In this document: piece after piece, positions 21,008 through 28,673 of the stretch
Numbering within the stretch: position 1 is the stretch's first letter
Layout of the letters: each line of letters opens with the position of its first letter
Assembly: GCA_001443375.1 (NCBI GenBank)
Contig: LDXM01000012.1
Span: 2,089 to 66,088 of the forward strand
Source: Chloroflexi bacterium CSP1-4
GTDB taxonomy: Bacteria; Chloroflexota; Limnocylindria; Limnocylindrales; CSP1-4
DNA: 64,000 nt
Direction: 5' to 3'
Made by a program: the position numbers and the translations under genes
Notes under the pieces: generated by a model
What the model was told of the DNA's origin: nothing
Seen by the model: the letters and a program-made list of their open reading frames with translations, nothing else
Database searches by the model: none

Positions 21008-21288
21008 CCAGGGAGCCGCCTCGCCACCGCGTGGAGATCGCCCCGGCGGCCCAGCGCGAGTTCAGCCGTCTGCGGCCCGACGATGCCGCCCGTCTTCGAG
21101 GCCCCATCCTCGCCCTGGCCCTGGATCCCCGTCCGCCGGGGGCGGCGACGCTCGTTGGGTCGGACTTCTGGCGTGTGCGGCTCGGGGATCTGCGGCTCGT
21201 CTACCTGATCGACGACGAGCGACGGCTCGTCGTGATCCTGCGCGTCGCCCGTCGCAGCGAGCGGACCTACCGGCGCCTGCGCGGCTAG
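21004..21288 (+). CDS. type II toxin of the RelE/ParE family
   Basis: 94-aa protein with HRVEIAPAAQREFSRL...DFWRVRLGDLRLVYLIDDERRLVVILRVARRSERTYR, a typical ParE/RelE fold signature. Confidence 0.75.
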   Translation: MTREPPRHRVEIAPAAQREFSRLRPDDAARLRGPILALALDPRPPGAATLVGSDFWRVRLGDLRLVYLIDDERRLVVILRVARRSERTYRRLRG

Positions 21289-21309
21289 CGGTGGCGCCTC
21301 ACGCGCGGC

Positions 21310-21708
21310 TCACGTCGGGCGGCCGTCCCAGATCGGGTCGACGATTCGGCCGATGATGTAGCCCGCCCCGGTGATGGCGAGGGCGACGATCACGGGGTCC
21401 ACGAGGACCACGAGGTCGATCTCGGGCGGCTCGAGGCCGTAGCCGAGGAGGCCGGCGCCGATCACCCCGACCCAGAGCGCAAGCAACCCCACGAGCCCAC
21501 GTCCGAAGGCGCCGCCGACGCCGCCGATGACGAAGCCGGCTGCGAGGACCGCGAACGTGTGGGCCAGCTCCCCATCAACGTTCGCCACCAGGGCGTCCGC
21601 GGCCCACGAGCCGCCCAGCCCGGCGCCGCAAGCCAACAGCGTACCGAGAATCAGGCCGCGGCTGACGACGACGGTCGAGGTTGCGGTCACGCCTTTGAGG
21701 GTAGCCAC
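21310..21708 (-). CDS. small integral membrane protein of the GlsB/YeaQ/YmgE (transglycosylase-associated) type, with duplicated Gly-zipper TM pairs
   Basis: 132-aa protein with four hydrophobic Gly-rich segments (GAGLGGSWAADALV...VLAAGFVIGGVGGAFGRGLVGLLALWVGVIGAGLLGYGL). Confidence 0.5.
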   Translation of the reverse strand: MATLKGVTATSTVVVSRGLILGTLLACGAGLGGSWAADALVANVDGELAHTFAVLAAGFVIGGVGGAFGRGLVGLLALWVGVIGAGLLGYGLEPPEIDLVVLVDPVIVALAITGAGYIIGRIVDPIWDGRPT

Positions 21709-21752
21709 CCGGCGCGTCGGCGGGAAGGGGTCGCCGCCGCTACATTCCCCGC

Positions 21753-22451
21753 GTGACGACGGACGACCTCGCCGCGCTGCCGCTGCCGGGCGCCCTGCTC
21801 TTCGATCTCGACGGTACCCTCGTCGATACTGTCGGGCGGCGCGTCGAGGGCTGGCAGGCGGCCTTCGCGGAGATCGGCATCGCCGCGGACCGCGACCGGA
21901 TCGCGGCTCTCATCGGGTCCGACGGCAAGCGCCTCGCCCGCGAGGTGAGCCGGGCCGCTGGGCACCGGCTGGCGGAGGACGTGATCGCACGCGTCGACCG
22001 GAGGGCCGGTGCCCTCTTCAGCGCGCTCAACCACGACCCCCACCCGCTGCCCGGCGCGGCCGAGCTGCTCCAGGCGCTGCTCGACGGGCCGTTGCCGTTC
22101 GCGATCGCGACCTCGAGCCTGGGCGCCCAGGTGATGGCCTCGGTGGACGCCCTGCGCCTGCCGCACCGACCGCCGATCGTGGACGGCGAGCACGTCGAGC
22201 ACGCCAAGCCCGCGCCGGACCTGCTGTTGCTCGCCGCGGAGCGAATGGGCACGCCGCCGGAGCGCTGCTGGTACGTGGGCGACGCGGTCTGGGACTTCCT
22301 CGCCTGCCGCGCCGTCGGCATGACGGGCGTGGCCGTGCCGACGGGCGCCGCGGGCGCGGACGAGCTGCTGGCCGCCGGCGCCGACGTCGCGCTCGACTCC
22401 CTGGATGAGCTGGCGGCCGAGCTGCGGCGCAGGGGCCTTCTGGCTGGTTAG
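21753..22451 (+). CDS. HAD-family hydrolase (HAD-IA, phosphatase-like)
   Basis: LLFDLDGTLVDT is HAD motif I. IATSS is motif II. K...YVGDAVWD is motif III/IV. Confidence 0.8.
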   Translation: MTTDDLAALPLPGALLFDLDGTLVDTVGRRVEGWQAAFAEIGIAADRDRIAALIGSDGKRLAREVSRAAGHRLAEDVIARVDRRAGALFSALNHDPHPLPGAAELLQALLDGPLPFAIATSSLGAQVMASVDALRLPHRPPIVDGEHVEHAKPAPDLLLLAAERMGTPPERCWYVGDAVWDFLACRAVGMTGVAVPTGAAGADELLAAGADVALDSLDELAAELRRRGLLAG

Positions 22452-22549
22452 GCCACGTTCCCGCTGGCGAAGGGCAGCACGAGGGGCCACGCCGGCGCCA
22501 TCCCCCGCAACGGCGCGTCGGGCGGCGTATCGACCAACCAGAAAGTCAG

Positions 22550-22573
22550 GAAGCCGGCCCGAAGGCCGGCTTC
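22550..22573 (-). terminator. bidirectional intrinsic-terminator-like hairpin between the convergent HAD and S8 peptidase genes
   Basis: ggaagccggcc-cgaa-ggccggcttcc is a perfect 10-bp GC stem with a 4-nt loop. A T-rich stretch follows on the minus strand (ctgactTTCTggTTgg). Confidence 0.5.
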
Positions 22574-22655
22574 CCGGGTAGGTAGGTCGACGCGAGGCGG
22601 CTGGGTCAGTCGTCAGGCCCGATGACGTCGAGGCTCCAGCCCTGCTGCGGGCCCA

Positions 22656-24083
22656 TCAGTTCCAGCTCCCCGTAGACCAGCTGTTGCCCGACCAGCTGTT
22701 GCCCGACCAGGAGTTGCCGTTCCAAGTGCCGCCCGACCAGGAGTTGCCGTTCCAAGTGCCGCCGGACCAGCTGTTGCCGGCCGCCTCGGCGGTCGCCATT
22801 GCAGCCGAATCGAAGGCCTGACCGAAGATGTCCTGTTCGCCGGAGAGCACGACGCCGTCGCGGGTGAGGTGCTCTGAGCCACGCGAGAGCTCGAGCGAAC
22901 CGGTGCCGGTCGAGGCTTTGGGAAGGGCGCCCTTCTTCGTGTACGGTGTAAGCGCCAGCATCTTCGCGAGGTCGATCTCCCCTTGGCCCTGGGCGCGCTG
23001 CGAGCAGCCCCCGCAGGGGAGGACGTGCGCGCTGCTACGGAACAGGTACTTCAGCGTCAGCGGGTCGATCGAAGGGTACCGCTGGATGGCGAGTGCCGCC
23101 GCGCCTGCCACGATCGCCGCCGCCTGGCTCGTACCGCTTCCGCGGAAGAAGCGCGTGTCGATCCGCCCTCCCGGATAGGTCGCGTCGATGTACGAGTTGG
23201 GGACTTGCAGGCCCTGGAGGTGCGACCCGGGGGCGACGACGTCGACGTACCGTGAGGGACTCCCGGTGGAGGAGAATGCCGCGACGACGTCGTCGGCAAG
23301 TCCGGCCGTCCCCATCGAGTCCGAGGCGCCGACTGCGAGGATGTTGGGGTCGTACGCCGGGTTGGTCAGCGAGCCCGTCCTCGCCACGTAGCCCTCGTTG
23401 CCGGTGGCCGCGACGACGAAGATTCCGGCGTTCCACGCCTGCTCGACCGCGAAGGCGAGCGGATCGGCGACGTAGGACTGGCTCGAGTCCGTCCCGTAGG
23501 ACAGGTTGAGCACCCGGATGTTCATGCCGTTGTCGTTCTTGTGCTGGACCACCCAGTCGATCGCCGCGATCATCTGGGAGACGTCGGTTCCGCCGTCGGC
23601 GACGCCGACCTTGAGGCTGACGATCCGCGCGTCGGGGGCCACGCCGAGGAAGTCGGCCATGTCGGTCGCATAGGTCCCGGGTTGGGCGTTGCTACCCCGG
23701 CCGGCGATGATGCCGGCCATGAATGTCCCGTGCCCGTTCGTGTCGAGGTTCGTGAGGTTCGACGCCTGGGACTCGAGTGAGAGGTCCGGGCCGTAGATGA
23801 TCTTGCCGGCGGTAGCGAGGCCCTCGACCGGGCTGACGCCCGTGTCGATGAGCGCGACGTCGACGCCCGCGCCCGTGTAGCCGGCGGCCCACCAGGCCGT
23901 CGCGCCGGTGTACGCCGTCGTGTTGTACATCGAGTTCATGTCGCTCGCAGGGTCGTAGGGATCTGCGGCGTGCGCGGGTGCCGGCACAAGGAGGGCCGAG
24001 CCCAAGAACGCGACGGACATGACTGTCGCGAGCCGGCGCGTCGCACCGGTGAAGTCGAGGCTCCAGCCGAACGAGATGGTCAT
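22656..24083 (-). CDS. secreted S8-family subtilisin-like serine peptidase with a C-terminal Gly/Ser/Trp/Asn-rich repeat tail
   Basis: A signal peptide precedes the catalytic triad motifs VALIDTGV (Asp), HGTFMAGIIAG (His) and GTSQAAAIVAG (Ser). The C-terminus is SWSGGTWNGNSWSGGTWNGNSWSGNSWSGNSWSTGSWN. Confidence 0.85.
   Translation of the reverse strand: MTISFGWSLDFTGATRRLATVMSVAFLGSALLVPAPAHAADPYDPASDMNSMYNTTAYTGATAWWAAGYTGAGVDVALIDTGVSPVEGLATAGKIIYGPDLSLESQASNLTNLDTNGHGTFMAGIIAGRGSNAQPGTYATDMADFLGVAPDARIVSLKVGVADGGTDVSQMIAAIDWVVQHKNDNGMNIRVLNLSYGTDSSQSYVADPLAFAVEQAWNAGIFVVAATGNEGYVARTGSLTNPAYDPNILAVGASDSMGTAGLADDVVAAFSSTGSPSRYVDVVAPGSHLQGLQVPNSYIDATYPGGRIDTRFFRGSGTSQAAAIVAGAAALAIQRYPSIDPLTLKYLFRSSAHVLPCGGCSQRAQGQGEIDLAKMLALTPYTKKGALPKASTGTGSLELSRGSEHLTRDGVVLSGEQDIFGQAFDSAAMATAEAAGNSWSGGTWNGNSWSGGTWNGNSWSGNSWSGNSWSTGSWN
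22676..22790. repeat. tandem DNA repeats (30-nt unit x2 and 15-nt unit x2) encoding the GNSWSGGTWN peptide repeats
   Basis: gagttgccgttccaagtgccgcccgaccag is repeated at 22711..22740 and 22741..22770. ctgttgcccgaccag is repeated at 22681..22710. Confidence 0.7.
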
Positions 24084-24480
24084 CTCGTCACCGTCCGGCC
24101 AGCTGGCGGACGGGACCTGCTGCTCCGCGCCCGGTCACAGACGGCGATGAGCCCGGCGCGACAGCACGTGGGAAAGGGGAGCCTGCACGTACCGCGGGCG
24201 GCCGATCCTGCCACATCAAACCCACTCCCTTCGAGTGCGGTGCTGATGCGGTTCCTGGCAGCCGGGCGGTCCTTGGCGTTGAGCCCGAGGATCCCTGGCT
24301 TTGCGTCCCCGCCTCTCGACGGGTTTGCCGTACTTCAGACCGATCACGCGGGCGACGGTCGTCGTCGCCTCATGTGACCCAGAGGCTAGGGCCGGGCGTG
24401 CGGGCGGCCAGCCCGACGATGGTACCGGTCGGTGCACCGGTGCACAGCCCATTCGGCGGGGGCGCCAGGCTGTTGCCGGG

Positions 24481-27018
24481 TCAGGCAGCTCCTGCGGTGA
24501 GGCCGTCCTCGCCCGAGGTGCGGCGACCGTGCGGGAACCGTGCCTCGAGGTCGCTCGCGGGCATCGGCCGGGCGAGCAGGAACCCCTGCGCCCGTCGGCA
24601 GCCGAGCTCCTGGAGCCTCTGGAGCTGCGCCTCCTCCTCGACCCCCTCCGCGACCACGTCGAGGCCGAGGGTGTTGGCCATGGCGATGATGGCGGCAGCC
24701 AGGCCCCAGCCGTGCGGCCGATCGGCAGCGATGTCGACGAACTCGCGGGCGATCTTGAGCCCGTCGACCGGGAACCGTTGGAGGTAGCCCAGGGATGAGT
24801 AGCCCGTCCCGAAGTCGTCGATCATCAGATGAACGCCCAGCTTCCTAAGCGCTTGGAGCTTGTCGCTGGACTCCCGGGCGTTGGGGATGAGGCCGGACTC
24901 GGTCACCTCAAGGGCCAACCGACCCGGTGCGATCCCGCTCGCCTCCAGGAGCAGCCTGATGTCGTCGACGAAGTCGGCCTGCTCGAGCTGCCTCGGCGAC
25001 ACGTTCACGCTCAGCCACCAGGACCGGAACGGCTCCCCGAGTTCCTGCCAGGCATCCAGCTGCTCGAGTGACGCCCGGAGCACCCAGCGTCCGACATCCA
25101 GGATCAGGTTCGACTGCTCCGCGAGGCCGATGAACTCGAGCGGTTCGAGCAGGCCTCGGTGCGGGTCGTTCCAGCGCACCAGAGCCTCTGCGCCGACGAT
25201 CTGCTCCGTCTCCAGGTCGAACACCGGCTGGAAATGAAGGACGAGCTGATCATCGACGACGGCTCGCTTGAGCTTCGCCGACATGTCGCGTCGCTGCGAG
25301 AGAGCGGCCGCCATGTTGGGCTCGAACAGCACGACACGGCCCTTGCCGCTCGCCTTCGCGACGTACATCGCGACGTCGGCGTTCAGCATCAGCTCATCGG
25401 CCGAGGCGCGGCCTCGCCGACCGGCGGCGATCCCGAGGCTCGCGTGGACCGAGACGATCGACGTATCGAGGACGAACGGCTCGTCGATAGCGGCCATGAG
25501 CCGTTCGGCCGTTCGACGTGCGCCGACGAGGTCAGCACGATCCTCGAGCAGAACGGCGAACTCGTCGCCGCCGAGCCGGGCAGCGACGTCTTCTGCCCGC
25601 ACGCTCGCCGTGATCCGCTGACCGACCGCGCGCAGCAACGCGTCTCCGACCGGGTGCCCCATCGTATCGTTGACGAGCTTGAAGTCGTCGAGGTCGAGGA
25701 ACAGCACGACGGGGACCAGCTCCGCTGGACCGCTCGCCGCCAACCGTTCGCTGACCGCCTGTCCGAACAGCGCACGGTTGGCCAGTCCGGTCAGCGGGTC
25801 GTGGTTCGCCTGGTGGTGCAGCTCCTCCTTCAGCTCGGCAAGCCGATGGAGCGACTGCTCCAGCTGTCCGTTCTCGAGGGAGATCGCAATGTGGCTGGCG
25901 AGCGTCTCGAACAGGCGAAGGTCGGATGCGTCGAACGTGCTGATATCGCTCAGGCGGTTCGCGACTACGAGCGTCCCGATCAGCCGGTTCTCGCCGACGA
26001 GCGGGGCCACCATGGCGTTCCGGAACCGTGGCGCGGACGCCGGGTCCGCGACCGTCACGAGGAGTGACCGGCGTTCATCCATCGCCCGGAGGAGGAGCGG
26101 GTCGTCGACGGTTGTCCCCACGGGCACCATCGACCCCCCCTCGGCGTCGCTTCGGCTGGTCGTTCTCAGGAGCTCGTCGCCTTCGCGCGCCGGGAGCAGC
26201 GTGAGTTCCGCGACATCGGCCCTGAACATCGTCCGGGCATGCTGGAGGAGCTCCGCCACCGCGCGCTCCACCTGGGGGCTGCGCTGGAGGATGCGCGTCG
26301 ACTCGTGCAGCATCTCCAGCCCCTCGGTCTGCTGGCGCTGCCCGACATACGCACGATAGGAGACGAAGGCGACGCCGACCGGGACGGCGAGAAGGATCGA
26401 GGCAATCGGCTCGTACTGAAGGATGACGATGGCGAGCAGGGCGAGGCTCGCGTTCGCGAGCGCGATGAACAGGCCCGTGCGCAGCATCTCCGGGATCCGG
26501 TGGAGCTGGGCCTTGCCCTCGGCGAGTGAGATCGCGGTCGCGATCGCGGACACGCTGACCACGTTCTCCGCAGTCGTCGCGAGGTACGCGGCCCCCCACT
26601 CGAGCGGACCGAAGCCGGTGCGTCCCGCGGCGAGGACGTGGATGATTCCGATGGCCACCACCGAGCCGAACAGGAACTGGGCGAGGTTGAACGCCAGCTT
26701 CACGGACCGCTGGCGGCGCACGAACGCGAGTGCGAAGCCGCCGCCGAGCATCCGCGCGATGATGAACGACATCGGTTCGAGGAAGAAGAGGCCGAAGAGG
26801 ATCGGGATCTCGGCCATCGAGAACGAGTGCGCGCTGCGTCCGATGTGCAGGTGAACGACCCTGGCTTCGACGATGAAGAAGGCCAGCGCTACCAGGGGCC
26901 AGGGGACCGGAAACGGGAGCGAGCGTGGGGCGCCCCGAGGCAGCTCGAGGACCGAGATAACGAGCGCGCTCACGACAAGCACGATCGTCAGGATCCCGAC
27001 GCGCTGGGTTCCCGTCAT
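24481..27018 (-). CDS. membrane sensor diguanylate cyclase/phosphodiesterase (N-terminal multi-TM domain, GAF, GGDEF, EAL)
   Basis: VPVVLFLDLDDFKLVNDTMGHPVGDALL...RLGGDEFAVL is the GGDEF domain. QPVFDLETEQIVGAEALVRW...EVTESGL...IDDFGTGYSSL is the EAL domain. The start was placed at Met-56 (27018) where the TM domain begins. The track ORF extends to 27183 with an Arg-rich N-tail. Confidence 0.75.
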   Translation of the reverse strand: MTGTQRVGILTIVLVVSALVISVLELPRGAPRSLPFPVPWPLVALAFFIVEARVVHLHIGRSAHSFSMAEIPILFGLFFLEPMSFIIARMLGGGFALAFVRRQRSVKLAFNLAQFLFGSVVAIGIIHVLAAGRTGFGPLEWGAAYLATTAENVVSVSAIATAISLAEGKAQLHRIPEMLRTGLFIALANASLALLAIVILQYEPIASILLAVPVGVAFVSYRAYVGQRQQTEGLEMLHESTRILQRSPQVERAVAELLQHARTMFRADVAELTLLPAREGDELLRTTSRSDAEGGSMVPVGTTVDDPLLLRAMDERRSLLVTVADPASAPRFRNAMVAPLVGENRLIGTLVVANRLSDISTFDASDLRLFETLASHIAISLENGQLEQSLHRLAELKEELHHQANHDPLTGLANRALFGQAVSERLAASGPAELVPVVLFLDLDDFKLVNDTMGHPVGDALLRAVGQRITASVRAEDVAARLGGDEFAVLLEDRADLVGARRTAERLMAAIDEPFVLDTSIVSVHASLGIAAGRRGRASADELMLNADVAMYVAKASGKGRVVLFEPNMAAALSQRRDMSAKLKRAVVDDQLVLHFQPVFDLETEQIVGAEALVRWNDPHRGLLEPLEFIGLAEQSNLILDVGRWVLRASLEQLDAWQELGEPFRSWWLSVNVSPRQLEQADFVDDIRLLLEASGIAPGRLALEVTESGLIPNARESSDKLQALRKLGVHLMIDDFGTGYSSLGYLQRFPVDGLKIAREFVDIAADRPHGWGLAAAIIAMANTLGLDVVAEGVEEEAQLQRLQELGCRRAQGFLLARPMPASDLEARFPHGRRTSGEDGLTAGAA

Positions 27019-27375
27019 GCCGCGGATGAGACCGCGGACGCCGATCGTGGCGATCCGCGGCTGGGCTCGCGGGACATTCACGTCGGGGTGCGCTCCCTCG
27101 TTCAGATTCGGATGCCGACGGAAGCCCCGATGCGGCAACACCCCGGCGGCCTGACGGTACGGGCCACCCCGGCGCGGGGCCATGACCCGAACGGCGGACG
27201 CTGCCGGTACCTGGGTACCGGCTCCCGCGCGATCTCGGCACGCCGCGCACCAGCCATTCGGGAACAGCCAACGCGTCGTCGGTGCCGCCGGCGTGACGAA
27301 CGGGAGCGTTGAGTCCTGCCCACTCGAACCTGCCCCGGCATCGGTCAGTCGGCGCCCGTGCCGGCGCCGGCCGCC

Positions 27376-28113
27376 TCAGGCAGGACCTTGGAGCTCGATC
27401 CGGATGCGCTTGTTGATCCGGCCCTTGCTCTCGTAGCCGGTGACGCGAATCTGGCCGACCTCGCGTGTGTTGGCGACATGGGTCCCGCCGTCGGCCTGGA
27501 GGTCGAGGCCGACGATCTCGATGGTCCGGATCTCCTCGATCCCCGGCGGCAGGAGGTTGATCTTGGTCCGGATGAGGTCGGGGATGGCGAAGGCCTCGTC
27601 GCGCGGCAGGATCTTCACGCGCACCTCGCGCTCGGCCGCCAGCTCGGCGTTCACCCTGGCCTCGATCTCGCCCACGAGCTCGCCGGACATCGTCTCGAAC
27701 TCGAAGTCCATGCGCCCGGCGCCGGGCTCCATGTTGCCCCCGGTGACGAGCGCCCTGTAGTCGCGCCAGACCACGCCGCACAGCGTGTGCAGCGCGGTGT
27801 GGGTGCGCATCAAAAGGTGGCGGCGCTCCCAGTCGATGGTGGCCGTGACCGCGTCGCCCACCGCCGGTCCCTCGACCGCGTCGAGGAGGTGGACGATCCC
27901 CCCGCCCGACTTGCGGGCGCCGAGGACGGTCCAGGTCGTCCCGTCCGCCCGGACGATCGTGCCGCTGTCCGCGGGCTGGCCGCCGCCGCCGGGGTAGAAG
28001 ACGGTCCGGTCCAGCGTGACGAGCGTGCGCCCATCGTCGCCGGTCTCGACCGCGGTGACGGCGGCCTCGACGGATCGGGCGTAGGCATCCCGGTAGCAGA
28101 CCGCGTCGGTCAC
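27376..28113 (-). CDS. alanyl-tRNA editing protein AlaX-M-like (misacylated tRNA(Ala) deacylase, second additional domain of AlaRS)
   Basis: HTALHTLCGVVW...GGTHV zinc-binding motifs are present. The GTG at 28113 overlaps the upstream stop as GTGA. The track ORF extends to 28167. Confidence 0.7.
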   Translation of the reverse strand: MTDAVCYRDAYARSVEAAVTAVETGDDGRTLVTLDRTVFYPGGGGQPADSGTIVRADGTTWTVLGARKSGGGIVHLLDAVEGPAVGDAVTATIDWERRHLLMRTHTALHTLCGVVWRDYRALVTGGNMEPGAGRMDFEFETMSGELVGEIEARVNAELAAEREVRVKILPRDEAFAIPDLIRTKINLLPPGIEEIRTIEIVGLDLQADGGTHVANTREVGQIRVTGYESKGRINKRIRIELQGPA

Positions 28114-28562
28114 GGTACGATCGTGAAGGTGCCCTTCATCACGGAGTAGTGGCCGGGGAGGGTGCACCCGAAGGCCAGCGGGCCGTCAGCGTCGAAGGTG
28201 TACGTGAACTCCTTCGTGCCGCTCGAGAACGGCAACACGCCGGCCATGTGCTCGTGCCCGCCGCCCTTCAGCTCCTCGTCCGTCGCGACGTGGAAGTCGT
28301 GGTCGTAGCCGGCCGTGTTCTTGATGCGGAAGGTGTACGTCTCGCCCTTCTTCACCGTGATCGACGCGACCTGCTGGCCAGCCTGCTCGATCTTGAGGGC
28401 GCCGGTCAGCTCCAGCTCGATGACCTCGCCCGGGATGGGCGTACCGGTCACGGGGGTAGGCGTGGCCGCCGTCGCGCCACCGCAGGCGGCAAGAAGGGCA
28501 ACGACGGCGATCGCGACGATGACGGTGAGGGCGCGCCGGGGGCGCGGTCTGCGTGTGTACAT
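28110..28562 (-). CDS. blue (type 1) copper protein lipoprotein with a cupredoxin fold
   Basis: The signal peptide MYTRRPRPRRALTVIVAIAVVALLAACGG has a lipobox. The copper ligand pattern is H(DFHV)...C(TLPGH)...H...M (YDHDFHV...FGCTLPGHYSVMKG). The likely start is Met at 28562. The ORF extends to 28646. Confidence 0.65.
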   Translation of the reverse strand: MYTRRPRPRRALTVIVAIAVVALLAACGGATAATPTPVTGTPIPGEVIELELTGALKIEQAGQQVASITVKKGETYTFRIKNTAGYDHDFHVATDEELKGGGHEHMAGVLPFSSGTKEFTYTFDADGPLAFGCTLPGHYSVMKGTFTIVP

Positions 28563-28673
28563 GCGGATAGTGTCGCGCACGGCGACCATGTCCGCCCTTG
28601 TTGCCGATCGTTCAGCACGCAGCGCGCTGGCGAGCAGGGCGCGCACCGGCCCGCGTGTCCTGGCTGCTGCCTC

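Noticed and set aside
21527-22490. ORFs 21527..22408(+), 21687..22490(-), 21740..22321(-)
   Set aside because: They are out-of-frame or antisense to the HAD hydrolase gene (motif DxDGT in the 21753 frame).
24425-24445. CGGTGCACCG 10-bp palindrome downstream of the GGDEF/EAL gene
   Set aside because: It has no loop, so it is not a terminator hairpin. Short GC palindromes of this kind occur by chance at high GC.
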